Shown here: positions 10,586-21,248 of the stretch, one piece after another
Layout: every line of letters starts with the position of its first letter
Numbering within the stretch: position 1 is the stretch's first letter
DNA from: Alphaproteobacteria bacterium
Lineage (GTDB): Bacteria; Pseudomonadota; Alphaproteobacteria; UBA828
Direction: 5' to 3'
Length of the DNA stretch: 64,000 nt
Assembly: GCA_963422645.2 (NCBI GenBank)
Contig: CAXXVO010000004.1
Coordinates: forward strand, 512,001 to 576,000
Program-made: the position numbers and the translations under genes
Notes under the pieces: model-generated
Told to the model about the DNA's origin: nothing
The model's database searches: none
The model's input: only the letters and a program-made list of their open reading frames with translations

Positions 10586-12313
10586 ATGAAAGACCGAAAA
10601 GTGATAAGCCGTGACCCACGGCGTTACACGCTGCCGTCGGAGCGCGCGTTGGGCGCCGAGACGCATTCCTACATGCCCGAGCTCTGCGATCAGTTGCAGA
10701 CAGGCAAGATCAACCGGCGCGACTTCCTGCGCCAGGCGGCGCTGCTCGGTGTGGCGACGGGCACTGTCTACGCCATGGCCGACCAGCTCACCGGCCGTGG
10801 CGGCATTATCGGATCGGCGATGGCCGACGAGATGCCCAAGGCGGGCGGCACGCTCAGGGTCTCCATGCGCGTGCAGGAGATGACCGACCCGGCGACCTTC
10901 CCATGGACGGAGAGGTCGAACGTCTCGCGCTTCATGACGGAGTATCTGACCCGCACGGGGTCGGACAACGTCACAGTTCCCTACCTCGCCAAGAGTTGGG
11001 AGGCCTCCGACGACCTCTCGACCTGGGTGTTCCACCTGAACCAGGGCATTACCTGGTCGAATGGCGACGCCTTCACGTCCGCCGACGTGGCCCATACGGT
11101 CAACCGCTGGCTCGATCCGGCGGTCGGGTCGTCCAACCTCGGTCTCTTCGGCGCCATGGTCGAGGAGGGCGAGGACGGCCAGCCGCGCGGCATCCCCGGC
11201 GCGGTCGAAGTGATCGACGATCACACCATTCAGTTCAACTTGAAGCAAGCAGCTCTGGCCATGCCGGAGAACTTCTACAACTACCCGACTGCCATCGTGC
11301 ATCGGGGCTTCGGTGTGGATTACGAGGCCGATCTCTCGGCAAACCCCATCGGCACCGGCCCCTTCGAGCTGGCCGAGTACGCGCTGGGTGAGAGAGCCAT
11401 CTTGCGCAGGGCGCGGGACTGGTGGGCCGGGGACTTCTACCTCGACGAGATTCACTATTTCGACCACGGCGAGGACACGAACGCCTGGATCGCGGCGCTC
11501 GCATCTCAGCAGGTGGACATGGTCTTCCGCCTGCCGAACAACCTCATCGATGCGGCGCAGGCTTTGCCCTTCGTGGACATTCACCCGGTGACGACGGCGC
11601 AGACCGCCGTAATGCGCTTCCGTATCTCCCAGGAGCCCTTCGACAATCCCAAGCTTCGCCAGGCGGTCGTGGCGTGCATGGATCACCAGGAGATCCTGGA
11701 CAAGGCGTTCCAGGGCCGAGGGCAGATCGCCGAGAACCATCACGTCTGCCCGATCCATCCCGAGTATGCGGCGCTGCCGCCGCTCAAGCGGGACATCGAG
11801 AAGGCGAAGGCGCTCTTGGCCGAGGCCGGTTATCCCGACGGGATCACGCTCGAGATCGCCAACGGCGATACCGAGGGCCCGTGGATGACCGACGCCTGCG
11901 CGATCTTCAAGAACCAGGCAGCGCCGGCGGGCATCAACATCGACATCAACAAGATGCCGGCCAACCAGTACTGGGAGGTCTGGGACAAGGCGCCGTGGGG
12001 CTACACCGCGTGGACGCATCGCCCGCTCGGCACCATGGTGCTGGGGCTCGCCTACCGGAAGGGCGTGCCGTGGAACGAGGTCGCCTACGACAATCCGGCC
12101 TTCGATGCGGCGCTCGACGATGCCGAGGCCACACTCGACGTCAACGAGCGTAGGAAGAAGATGGAGGTCTGCCAGAAGCTCCTGCAGGACGACGCAATCA
12201 TCCCGCAGCCATTCTGGCGCTCTGTCTACAAGGCGTCGAACAAGCGGGTGAAGGGCCACGCGACCCACCCAACCTTGTACCACCAGTTCCACAACGTGTG
12301 GTTGGACGGTTGA
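10586..12313 (+). CDS. Peptide/nickel-type ABC substrate-binding protein (family 5), Tat signal
   Basis: NRRDFLR, LAKSWE, GTGPF motifs; start placed after GGAGGA. Confidence 0.9.
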   Translation: MKDRKVISRDPRRYTLPSERALGAETHSYMPELCDQLQTGKINRRDFLRQAALLGVATGTVYAMADQLTGRGGIIGSAMADEMPKAGGTLRVSMRVQEMTDPATFPWTERSNVSRFMTEYLTRTGSDNVTVPYLAKSWEASDDLSTWVFHLNQGITWSNGDAFTSADVAHTVNRWLDPAVGSSNLGLFGAMVEEGEDGQPRGIPGAVEVIDDHTIQFNLKQAALAMPENFYNYPTAIVHRGFGVDYEADLSANPIGTGPFELAEYALGERAILRRARDWWAGDFYLDEIHYFDHGEDTNAWIAALASQQVDMVFRLPNNLIDAAQALPFVDIHPVTTAQTAVMRFRISQEPFDNPKLRQAVVACMDHQEILDKAFQGRGQIAENHHVCPIHPEYAALPPLKRDIEKAKALLAEAGYPDGITLEIANGDTEGPWMTDACAIFKNQAAPAGINIDINKMPANQYWEVWDKAPWGYTAWTHRPLGTMVLGLAYRKGVPWNEVAYDNPAFDAALDDAEATLDVNERRKKMEVCQKLLQDDAIIPQPFWRSVYKASNKRVKGHATHPTLYHQFHNVWLDG

Positions 12314-12322
12314 CCGAAGCGC

Positions 12323-12350
12323 GGCACGGGGGTCTTCGGGCCCCCGTGCC
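12323..12350 (+). terminator. Stem-loop after the binding-protein gene
   Basis: GGCACGGGGG-TCTTCGGG-CCCCCGTGCC followed by a short ACTTT tail. Confidence 0.6.
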
Positions 12351-12417
12351 ACTTTCCCGGTGCGGCGGGTACGGGCTGCACGTCGCGCTGAGCCGTCTCT
12401 GAGGGTCGGGGGGCGGC

Positions 12418-13350
12418 ATGGTCCAACTCATCGTGCGGCGCATCGGCATGATGATCCTCGTCATGCTGGTCGTCGCATTACTGCTCTTCCTCATTAATGA
12501 GGGCGATCCCCGGCTCATCGCCCGCAGCATTCTCGGCCCCTATGCGCAGGACCAGCAGCTCGACGCCTGGGTGATCGCGAACGGCTATGACCGCTCGGTT
12601 ATCGTTCGCTATTTCGAATGGATCGGCCGGATATTTGCCGGCGATCTCGGTGAGTCCGTCATCTACAAGCGGCCGGTCAGCGAGATATTCTGGGACCGCC
12701 TCGGCAACACCGGCATCCTGGCAGGCGTCACCTTCGTCATCATGGTGCTGATCGCGCTGACCCTCGGCGTGCTGGCCGGCATGAAGGAAGGCTCCCTGCA
12801 GGATCGGGCGATCTCGGTCTTCTCGATCATCACCACCTCGATCCCGGAATATGCGAGCGCGGTCTTCCTCGTCGGCATCTTCGTCTTCTGGCTCGGCTGG
12901 CTACCGGGGACCTCGTCGATGACATCGGGGTTCGACCCGGTCCAGATGATCCTGCCGGTGCTGGTTCTGACCCTCTACGGCTTCGGCTACATCGCGCGGA
13001 TGACGCGCGCCTCTATGGCCGAGGTTATGACCACGCCCTACATCCGCACCGCGGTGCTCAAGGGGCTGCCCTACCGGCACATCATCCTCAGACACGCCCT
13101 GAGAAATGCGCTGATCGCGCCCTTCACCGTGATCATGCTGCAGATCAATTGGCTGTTGTCCGGCGTGGTCGTGACCGAGTTTGCCTTCGGCTACAAGGGG
13201 TTCGGTGCGCTACTGCTGGAGGCGGCACTCCGGCGCGACATCTTCGTAATCGAGGCCTGCGGCGTCGCGGCGGTCTTCGTCGCGGTCTTCACTCAGACCG
13301 TAGGCGATCTCGGCTACACCTATCTGAACCCGAGGATCAGGTTCAAGTGA
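12418..13350 (+). CDS. Peptide ABC transporter permease (DppB type)
   Basis: GDLGES, RMTRASMAEV, YIRTAVLKGL, HALRNAL, LNPRIR. Confidence 0.95.
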   Translation: MVQLIVRRIGMMILVMLVVALLLFLINEGDPRLIARSILGPYAQDQQLDAWVIANGYDRSVIVRYFEWIGRIFAGDLGESVIYKRPVSEIFWDRLGNTGILAGVTFVIMVLIALTLGVLAGMKEGSLQDRAISVFSIITTSIPEYASAVFLVGIFVFWLGWLPGTSSMTSGFDPVQMILPVLVLTLYGFGYIARMTRASMAEVMTTPYIRTAVLKGLPYRHIILRHALRNALIAPFTVIMLQINWLLSGVVVTEFAFGYKGFGALLLEAALRRDIFVIEACGVAAVFVAVFTQTVGDLGYTYLNPRIRFK

Positions 13351-14252
13351 GCGACCTGCCGCGCACGAGCGCCGCCAGCACGCCGCTCTCCCGGCTCGGC
13401 GCGAGCTTCGCGGCGTCGCTCAGGCCTGTCCTTCTGCTTCGGGAGAGCCCGGTCGGCATGATCGGGGGCGGAATCATCCTCGGTTTCGTGATTCTGGCAA
13501 TTTTCGCGGAGTTCATCGCGCCATACGGTCCCAATGCAACAATGGTGCCCTTCACCTTCCCCGGCGCGGAGGCGCCGGACGGGGGCATCTTCCTGCTCGG
13601 CACTGACCATCTTGGGCGCGACATTCTGTCGAGGATCATCTTCGGCGGTCAGCGGGTGCTCTTCTACGCCACCGCCGCTACGGTCTGCGCCTACGTTGTG
13701 GGCATCCTCATGGGCTTGGCCGCGGGCTATTTCCGCGGCTATCTCGACGAGATTCTCTCCTTCGTCGCCAACGTCATTCTTTCGTTCCCCATCATGGTGC
13801 TCTACGTGCTGATCATCGCGAAGGTCGGTGCATCGGGGATCAACATCGTCTTTGCCGTCGTCTTCGCGTCTTCGCCCGGCATCATGCGTATCGTGCGCGG
13901 CGTGACGATGGACATCGCGACCCGCGACTACATCGCGGCGGCGCAAACTCGCGGCGAGGGCCCTTGGTACATCATGCTGATGGAGATCCTGCCCAACGCG
14001 CGCGGGCCGCTGATCGTCGATTTCTGCCTGCGCATGGGCTACACGACAATCACCATCGGGGCGCTGGGCTTCCTCGGTCTCGGCCTGCCACCGCCCGACC
14101 CTGACTGGGGCGGCATGATCACCGAGACCCGGGCCTTCGTCTCCGGCGGTTTCCCCCACATGGCGATCCTGCCCGCCTGCGCCGTCTCCCTGCTGGTGCT
14201 CGGCTTCAACCTGCTGGCCGACGGGCTGCGCGAAGTGTCGCTCAGGGACTAG
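13347..14252 (+). CDS. Peptide ABC transporter permease (DppC type)
   Basis: LLGTDHLGRDILSR, EILPN, LGFLGLG, PDWG, FNLLADGLRE; GTGA overlap start. Confidence 0.93.
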   Translation: MSDLPRTSAASTPLSRLGASFAASLRPVLLLRESPVGMIGGGIILGFVILAIFAEFIAPYGPNATMVPFTFPGAEAPDGGIFLLGTDHLGRDILSRIIFGGQRVLFYATAATVCAYVVGILMGLAAGYFRGYLDEILSFVANVILSFPIMVLYVLIIAKVGASGINIVFAVVFASSPGIMRIVRGVTMDIATRDYIAAAQTRGEGPWYIMLMEILPNARGPLIVDFCLRMGYTTITIGALGFLGLGLPPPDPDWGGMITETRAFVSGGFPHMAILPACAVSLLVLGFNLLADGLREVSLRD

Positions 14253-14260
14253 GAGTCGGA

Positions 14261-16372
14261 ATGTCAGATCACTCTTCCGAACCGCCGGTCCTCGAGATCA
14301 CCGGCCTCTGCCTCAGCTACTACACGCGGGCCGGTGAGGTTCCCGCGGTCTACGACTTCGACCTCACCGTGGCGAAGGGGGAATCGGTCGGGCTCGTGGG
14401 CGAATCCGGCTGTGGCAAGTCCACCGTGGCCAACGGCGTCATGCGCTACATGGGGCAAAACGGCGACATCGTCGGCGGCACCATCAAGTTCAAGGGCCGT
14501 GACATGGCCGAGATGTCCGAGGAGGAGATCCGCCGCGTGCGCGGCAAGGACATCGCCATGATCTACCAGGAGCCCATGGCCTCGCTCAACCCGAGCCTGA
14601 CCATCGGCCAGCAGCTCATGGAAGTGCCGATAATCCATGAGGGCGTGAGTGGGAGTGAGGCTTTCCAGCGCGCCTATGACATGCTGGCATCGGTGCACAT
14701 CCCGGACCCCAAGCGCCTGATGATTTCCTATCCGCACCAAGTCTCGGGCGGCCAGCAACAGCGTGTGGTGATCGCCATGGCGCTGCTCTCAAGGCCGGCG
14801 CTGCTGCTGCTGGATGAGCCCACGACGGCGCTGGACGTGACGGTGGAGGCCGGGATCGTCGAGTTGATCGCCGAGCTAAGCCGCCAGACCGGCTCTTCGC
14901 TGCTCTACATCTCCCACAATCTCGGCCTGATGCTGGAGGTGTGCGACCGGATCTGCGTGATGTATTCGGGCGAGGTGGTGGAGGAGGGGACGATCGATTC
15001 CATCTTCTCCTGGCCCAAGCATCCCTACACGCAAGGCCTCTTCGGCTGCATCCCGCTTCCCCATGCCGACAAGAACGCGCGCCCCCTGGTCTCCATCAAG
15101 GGCCAGCTTCCGCTCCCCCACGAACGGCCGGAGGGCTGCAATTTCGGGCCCCGATGCCGCTTCTTCGAGGCTGGGCGGTGCGACAAGGGCCTGATTCCAA
15201 TGGAGGGGGTCCACACTGACGACGATCCGGCGCACCGGGTGCGCTGTACGCGCTGGGAAGGGATCGATGTCACGGAAGTGGTTCGCGCCGACGAAGTCCG
15301 TGAGCCTATCGCAGTTGGCGAGACTGTCCTCGAGGTCGCCGACATGCGCAAGTACTACAAGGTGCGCGAACGCTCGTTGGCGGCGTTCGTCTCCGGTGGC
15401 GCGGTGCGCGAGGTCAAGGCGAACGAGAGCATCAGCTTCCGCGCGGGGGAGGGAGAAACCGTAGCTATCGTCGGCGAATCAGGCTGCGGCAAGTCCACCT
15501 TCGCCAAGGTGCTGATGGGGCTGGAGACCGCGACCGACGGGGAGGTCGTGCTCGACGGGACCGACCTCGGAAGCATTCCGGTCAACAAGCGTACGGCGGC
15601 GCAGCTCTCCTCGCTGCAGATGGTGTTCCAGAACCCGAACGACACGCTCAACCCCTCCCACTCGGTCGGCTATCAGATCGGGCGCGTGATCAAGCGCTTC
15701 GGCATCGAGCGCGATTCGATCAAGCGGCGGGAGCTGGTGTACGAGCTGCTGGATACGGTGAAGCTGCCGCGCGAGTTCATGACGCGGAAGCCGCGCCAGC
15801 TCTCGGGTGGCCAGAAGCAAAGGGTGGGCATCGCCCGGGCCTTCGCCGGCAACCCGAAGACGGTGATCGCGGACGAGCCGATCTCGGCGCTGGACGTCTC
15901 GGTCGCCGCGGCGGTGACGGAACTGCTGATGGATATTCAGCGCGAGCACCGGACGACGCTGCTCTTCATCAGCCACGATCTCTCCGCGGTCCGCTATCTC
16001 TCCGACCGTGTTGTGGTGATGTATCTCGGCCAGATCATGGAGCGCGGCTCGACGGAGCAGATATTCTCACCTCCCTACCATCCCTACACCGAGGCACTGC
16101 TCTCCGCGGTGCCGATCGCGGATCCCGAGGTGCAGAGGCGCCGCATCGTGCTGGAGGGATCCTTGCCCAGTCCGCTCGACCCGCCCAAGGGGTGCCCCTT
16201 CTCGACCCGGTGCCCGCGCAAGCTTGGCGCGATCTGCGAGGACGAGCCGCCGCCGCTCCAAGCCAATGCCGACCGCCACGTGATCGCCTGCCATATCCCG
16301 CTTGAGGAGTTGCGCGAGGTCGCGCCGGTGATCTCCATTCCCGATCGCGACGAAGTCCACGTCACACAGTAA
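14261..16372 (+). CDS. Peptide ABC transporter fused double ATP-binding protein (DppD-DppF)
   Basis: Two GESGCGKS Walker A motifs and two Cys-containing C-terminal oligopeptide-ABC tails. Confidence 0.95.
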   Translation: MSDHSSEPPVLEITGLCLSYYTRAGEVPAVYDFDLTVAKGESVGLVGESGCGKSTVANGVMRYMGQNGDIVGGTIKFKGRDMAEMSEEEIRRVRGKDIAMIYQEPMASLNPSLTIGQQLMEVPIIHEGVSGSEAFQRAYDMLASVHIPDPKRLMISYPHQVSGGQQQRVVIAMALLSRPALLLLDEPTTALDVTVEAGIVELIAELSRQTGSSLLYISHNLGLMLEVCDRICVMYSGEVVEEGTIDSIFSWPKHPYTQGLFGCIPLPHADKNARPLVSIKGQLPLPHERPEGCNFGPRCRFFEAGRCDKGLIPMEGVHTDDDPAHRVRCTRWEGIDVTEVVRADEVREPIAVGETVLEVADMRKYYKVRERSLAAFVSGGAVREVKANESISFRAGEGETVAIVGESGCGKSTFAKVLMGLETATDGEVVLDGTDLGSIPVNKRTAAQLSSLQMVFQNPNDTLNPSHSVGYQIGRVIKRFGIERDSIKRRELVYELLDTVKLPREFMTRKPRQLSGGQKQRVGIARAFAGNPKTVIADEPISALDVSVAAAVTELLMDIQREHRTTLLFISHDLSAVRYLSDRVVVMYLGQIMERGSTEQIFSPPYHPYTEALLSAVPIADPEVQRRRIVLEGSLPSPLDPPKGCPFSTRCPRKLGAICEDEPPPLQANADRHVIACHIPLEELREVAPVISIPDRDEVHVTQ

Positions 16373-16376
16373 GACC

Positions 16377-17585
16377 ATGAATGAGATGCCGCCGGCGCCC
16401 GACGAGACGGCGCTTCGGCTCGGCCGGCTGGCGCGGCTACGCGCCGAGATGGCGCGGTTGGGTTTCGCGGCGTTGGTGCTGACCGATCCGCACAATGTGC
16501 GCTACGCGACCGGCGCCCGAAACATGATGCCCTTCGTCCTGCGCAATCCGGCGCGCTACGTGTTCGTGCCCCTGGAGGGGCCGGTTGTCTTGTTCGAGTT
16601 CGCGGGTTGCGAGCACCTGGAACGCGACAATCCGGCGGTTGACGATATCCGAGTCTCCACAACGGTCTCTTACGTTGCGCGGGGGCCGCTGCTCGATGAG
16701 ACGGCCAAGGTCTGGGCCGGAGAGATCGCTGCGCTGATGCGCCAGCACTGCCCGGGCGAAACGCGGATCGGGTTGGAGCGCATCGATGCGCGTGCCGTAG
16801 GCTATCTGGCGGAACAGGGGTTCGCGATCCTAGATGCTCAAGCGCCGGCGGAGAGGGCACGCTCCATCAAGACACCGGAGGAGATTGTTTGCTCTAAGCG
16901 CTCGATGGCGTGCGTTATGGCGGCAGAGAGAGCGTTGGAGGAGGCCATCAGGCCCGGGATCACTGAGAACGCGCTGTGGGCGGAGTTCCATCGTCACGTG
17001 ATCGCGAACGACGGGGACTACGTGGAGACGCGGTTGCTCAGCTCGGGCGAGAGAACCAACCCCTGGTTTCAGGAGACCGGCCCGCACGTAATCCGTGCCG
17101 GCGACTTGGTGGCCCACGATACCGACGTGATCGGACCGCACGGTTACTACGCAGATTTCTCACGCACCTTCCTTTGCGGCGAAGAGGGGCCGACGCCGGA
17201 ACAGCGAACGCTCTATCGTCTCGCCCACGACCAGATCCAGCACAATATGGCGCTGATCAAACCGGGGCGAACCTTTCGGGAAATTACGGAAGCGGCCTGG
17301 AAAATGCCCGCGCCATATTACGCAAGACGGTATTACCTCATGATTCACGGCATCGGGATGACCGGCGAGTATCCTTACATCGTGTACGAAGCCGATTACG
17401 ACGCCGGGCAGGACTACGACGGCATCGTCGAGCCCAACATGACGCTCTGCGTGGAAAGCTTCATCGGTCACGAGGATGGAGGCGAAGGGGTAAAGCTGGA
17501 GCAACAGGTTCTGGTTACCAAGACAGGCTTCGAACTGATGAGCACGTACCCTTTCGACGAAAGGTTGCTCGGCCGCGAGGTGTGA
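16377..17585 (+). CDS. M24-family metallopeptidase-fold protein, DddP (DMSP lyase)-like
   Basis: DPHNVRYATG, ETRLLSSGERTNPWFQE, DTD.IG..GY..D.SR, HGIG, CVES, KLEQQVL match recalled DddP-clade motifs. Confidence 0.75.
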   Translation: MNEMPPAPDETALRLGRLARLRAEMARLGFAALVLTDPHNVRYATGARNMMPFVLRNPARYVFVPLEGPVVLFEFAGCEHLERDNPAVDDIRVSTTVSYVARGPLLDETAKVWAGEIAALMRQHCPGETRIGLERIDARAVGYLAEQGFAILDAQAPAERARSIKTPEEIVCSKRSMACVMAAERALEEAIRPGITENALWAEFHRHVIANDGDYVETRLLSSGERTNPWFQETGPHVIRAGDLVAHDTDVIGPHGYYADFSRTFLCGEEGPTPEQRTLYRLAHDQIQHNMALIKPGRTFREITEAAWKMPAPYYARRYYLMIHGIGMTGEYPYIVYEADYDAGQDYDGIVEPNMTLCVESFIGHEDGGEGVKLEQQVLVTKTGFELMSTYPFDERLLGREV

Positions 17586-17587
17586 GG

Positions 17588-18208
17588 ATGGGGACGCTCT
17601 TTCCTCCGCTTCCGCCTGGCCCCTTCGACATCATCTACGTCGACCCTCCGTGGGACTATCGCGGGCAGCTCCAGCACGCCGGCGAGGGAACCCAGGATAC
17701 GGGCGGTGCGATCAGGCACTATCCAACGGTGACCCTGCACGACCTCAAGACCTTGAATGTCCCCGGTATTTGTGCGCAAGACTGCCTGCTATTCATGTGG
17801 GCGACCAACCCGCATCTTGATCAAGCCATTGACTTGGGAAAGGCGTGGGACTTTGCATGGGCGACGGTTGCGTTTGTGTGGGATAAAGTGAGGGTGAATC
17901 CCGGCTTTTATACCATGAGCCAATGCGAGTTGTGCCTCGTGTTCAAGAGGGGGAAGATCCCGTCCCCGCGTGGCGCGAGGAATGTTCGCCAACTCGTCAC
18001 CGCTAAGCGCGGGGCTCACTCGCAAAAGCCGGACGAGGTGTGGCTCCGCATCGAGAAAATGTTCCCACTCCTCCGCAAGATCGAACTGTTTGCTCGTGAA
18101 ACCGACGAAGAGAGTCTCGTCGATCACCAGTGGACGAGATGGGGGTTCGAAGCCCGTGATGCAGAAGCATCTGGAGTGGCGCGAGAGTTGGCAGGCGGAG
18201 GCCGCTGA
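17588..18208 (+). CDS. MT-A70 family adenine methyltransferase (M.MunI-like)
   Basis: FDIIYVDPPW, LFMWAT, FVWDK, HSQKPDE, KIELFAR; start at ATG 17588, just after the upstream stop. Confidence 0.9.
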   Translation: MGTLFPPLPPGPFDIIYVDPPWDYRGQLQHAGEGTQDTGGAIRHYPTVTLHDLKTLNVPGICAQDCLLFMWATNPHLDQAIDLGKAWDFAWATVAFVWDKVRVNPGFYTMSQCELCLVFKRGKIPSPRGARNVRQLVTAKRGAHSQKPDEVWLRIEKMFPLLRKIELFARETDEESLVDHQWTRWGFEARDAEASGVARELAGGGR

Positions 18209-18236
18209 GAGGGGGGGAGAAGCGTCGAGAAAATTC
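18159..18236 (+). pseudogene. N-terminal fragment of a MunI-like type II restriction endonuclease
   Basis: MQKHLEWRESWQAEAAERGGEA resembles the recalled R.MunI N-terminus (L..R.NWQ..A....A); cut by the IS66 left end. Confidence 0.55.
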
Positions 18237-18321
18237 GTAACTACCCAGGTACCCCAATCCTGAGTTGAGGACGGTGATTATGGCGGCGGCCGCGGTCTGG
18301 TTCTGCCACCGCGATTGGTTC

Positions 18322-18350
18322 TTGACCTCATAGAGTTGCGGGACTATGGA
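18322..18350 (+). promoter_or_regulatory. Candidate sigma70 promoter inside the IS66 left end
   Basis: TTGACC-17 bp-TATGGA upstream of the GGGAG RBS and ATG 18379. Confidence 0.4.
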
Positions 18351-18378
18351 CTGCTCTCTCGCGTGACGGGAGCGGTCC

Positions 18379-19044
18379 ATGGGGTATTTCGGCTCGAAGG
18401 CGACAGCAGGTCTGTGCCAAGCGCTGATTGCGCTGATGCCGCCGCACTCCGTCTACATCGAAAGCCACCTTGGGGGCGGGGCGCTGACGAAGCGCAAGCC
18501 GCCGGCCGTGCGTTCGATCGGCATCGACCGCGATGCGCAGGCGCTCGAGGCCTTCGTCTGCGACTACCCGGTCGATCTGGTTCACGGCTGTGCCCATGAC
18601 TTCCTGGCCTCGTTCCCGTTCCTGGGCCCGGAGCTGGTTTACAGCGATCCGCCCTATCTGCACGCGACCCGCCGCTCGGCGCAGCGCTACCGCTTCGAGT
18701 ACGAGGAGGCCGGCCACGTCGCGCTTCTCGCGCTGCTCAAGGCTCTGCCCTGCCAGGTCATGATCTCGGGCCATCCGTCGGCGCTCTATGACGAGGTGCT
18801 GGCGGGATGGCGCCGGCTGGCGCTGCAGGTCACGACCCAGGGTCTGGTGCGAACCGAGGTCGTCTGGTTCAACTACGCCCCCGACCGGATGCATTGGGCC
18901 AGCCACGCAGGCCGGAACTTCACCGACCGCCAGCGCATCAAGCGCAAGGCAGCCAACTGGGGCCGGCGCTACCAGGCCTTGCCGCCGGGCGAACGCCTCG
19001 CCGTGCTCGCCGCCATGATGGCCGTCGAGGCCGAAGACACGTGA
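18379..19044 (+). CDS. Compact DNA adenine methyltransferase (D12/Dam-like motif order)
   Basis: YFGSK, YIESHLGGG (SAM-binding motif I), IGIDRD, VYSDPPY catalytic motif, VMISG, TEVVWFNY. Confidence 0.88.
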   Translation: MGYFGSKATAGLCQALIALMPPHSVYIESHLGGGALTKRKPPAVRSIGIDRDAQALEAFVCDYPVDLVHGCAHDFLASFPFLGPELVYSDPPYLHATRRSAQRYRFEYEEAGHVALLALLKALPCQVMISGHPSALYDEVLAGWRRLALQVTTQGLVRTEVVWFNYAPDRMHWASHAGRNFTDRQRIKRKAANWGRRYQALPPGERLAVLAAMMAVEAEDT

Positions 19045-20311
19045 CGGTGTCGCACTGGCACGAAGACCTCGCCGCCCGTAACGAGGCCTTCTGCTGCCTG
19101 AAGGAGCTTCTCGAGCCATCATCCCTCGCAACCACTGTCGTCGTTGCCGTCCGGGAATGGGGGCAGGGGCTGCTGCGATCAGCCACCGCGCTCGCCCGGG
19201 AAAATGCCGCACTCGAGCAGGAGAACGCGGCCCTGCGCGAGCGCATCGCCGAACTCGAGCGCAGCGCGGCCCTCAACAGCACCACAAGCAGCAAGCCCCC
19301 CGCCAGCGACGGGCTCAAGAAGAAAAGCGGAGCCCAGAGGCGCACCCAAAGCCAGCGCGGAAAGTCCGGCGGGCCCAGTGGCGGCCAGCCCGGCCACAAG
19401 GGAACCACCCTCGCGCGGAGCGACAGCCCGGACCGTGTCGTCGATCACCACCCCTCCACCTGTTCCGGCTGTGGCGTCGAGCTCTCGGACGCCGACCGGC
19501 AAGGCGCGCCCGCCTGTCGGCAGGTCTTCGACGTACCCGAGCCGCAGCCTCTCGAGGTCACCGAACACCGCGCTCATCGCTGCCTCTGCGGCGCATGCGG
19601 CACGCTGACACGAGCCGCCTTCCCGCCGGGCGTCACCGCCCCGGTCCAGTACGGCCCTCGCATCACCGCTTGGGTGAGTTACCTGCTGTACGCCCAGTTC
19701 GTGCCCGAGAAGCGTCTGGCCGAACTCATGAGCGACATCTTCGCGGTGTCCATCTCCACTGCCACGATCGCCGCCATGGGCCGGCGCACAGCGCAGCGCT
19801 TCGAGGGCTTCCTCGACCATGTCGCCGATCTGATCCGCACGCAGGCGCCGGTCAAGCACCTCGACGAGACCGGCCTGCGTATCGCCGCCCGTACCCGCTG
19901 GCTCCATGTGCTGTGCACCCCGTTGCTCACCGTCCTGCGCATCGGCGAGGGACGCGGCGATGTCGAAAAGAACCTGAAAGGCATCCTCGTCCACGACGAC
20001 TTCGCCCCCTACTTCACCATCAAGGGCGTCCGCCACGGCGCCTGCAACGCACATCACCTGCGCGAACTCCAGGCCCTGATCGACATCGAGAAGGAGGAAT
20101 GGGCGGCGAGCATGCACCGCCTGCTTCAGCGCGCGCGCAGGGCCGCCCGCTTCGCCCGTGAGAAAGACCGTCAAGTCCCCGCCTCCCTGGTGGCCCGCAT
20201 CTCAAGGGCATGGGACCGTATCCTCGAAGAAGCCATCGCCTTCCATGAGGCCCAACCGCCGCTCCAGATCGCAAAGCGAGGGCGAAAGAAACGCCGCATC
20301 GGCCACAACCT
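19041..20311 (+). pseudogene. IS66 transposase, 5' part (interrupted by ISX)
   Basis: Coiled coil, NSTTSSKPPASD, GGQPGHKG, Cys zinc finger, HLDETG, LVHDDF, CNAHHLREL; GTG start overlaps the MTase TGA. Confidence 0.9.
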
Positions 20312-21248
20312 CAGACTTCCTGACCTCTGCTGATTTTAGGTGACACGAGCCGCGCGGATTCCGAGGCCCCGTCGATGTCGTAGACTATGCGCAGACGGGT
20401 GCCGGGGAAGACCGTTTCGGTGGCGTTCAGGTCGCTCAGAACCGCATCGATCCAACGGTCGCAGGCGTCGTTTGCGAGGCCAAGAATGTGGACCCGCAGG
20501 AGGCCATTGCCAGGATCCGGCAGGATGTCGGCATCGGCGGTGAGCAGCGCTTGAAGCAGTTTCCGGGGATGGGGCTTGTGGCCCTGCGCCTGCATGACGG
20601 GAAGCATCATGCGGGTTTCGGCGCGGTAGGCGATCATCCGGATGACGTCGAGGAGGAGGCGCTCGCGCGCGGGCAAGGCATCGAGCTGCTCGGCTTCGTC
20701 GAGGTCGCCGGCCCGGCAGTGCTTGGGCGTCTCCCTGCGGCTGGCCCTGACGATGTCGCGGACATCCTGGAGGTCCCTGACTTCCCTCCTGAGTTCCGCC
20801 GTCGGCTGCTTCTTCCGGGCCGTGTCGGCGATGCGGTTGCGCAGGCGGCCAAGCTGGCGGTCGAGGCGATGGATTGCCTTGTCATAGGCCCGCCGCAGCG
20901 GGTTGACGACCATGGCGGCGGGATCGAGAGGCTCGAGCTCGTGGGTCGGCAGGGCGTCGAGATTGAACTCGTCACGCATGTACTTGAAGAAGTTCTCCTG
21001 CGACCAGCGCGAGAACATGGCGCCCGCAACCTCAGCCATCGGCTTGTGCGGATCGGTGGTGATCAGCGGCACCTGACGGCCGTTGTCGAGCAGGCGGCGG
21101 ATCTGGCGCACCCTGAAGCCGTTCGGCAACGTCACCGGCTTCTCAGCCAGCCGCATGGTGGCGCTGCCGTCCGCCGCCGGTCCGTGAATGGGAACGGTCA
21201 TCGCGCCGAAGTCCTCGGCCGGCCAGTCCTCGCCCCTGAAGTTCTTGT

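Noticed and set aside
16976-18208. 410-aa version of the MT-A70 gene, or a METTL3-like RNA m6A writer
   Set aside because: The N-terminal half is an alternate frame of the M24 gene, and the adjacent nuclease remnant points to a DNA restriction-modification methylase.
18807-19040. N-terminal extension of the IS66 transposase
   Set aside because: Overlaps the methylase in another frame; GTG 19041 with the GTGA overlap is the better start.
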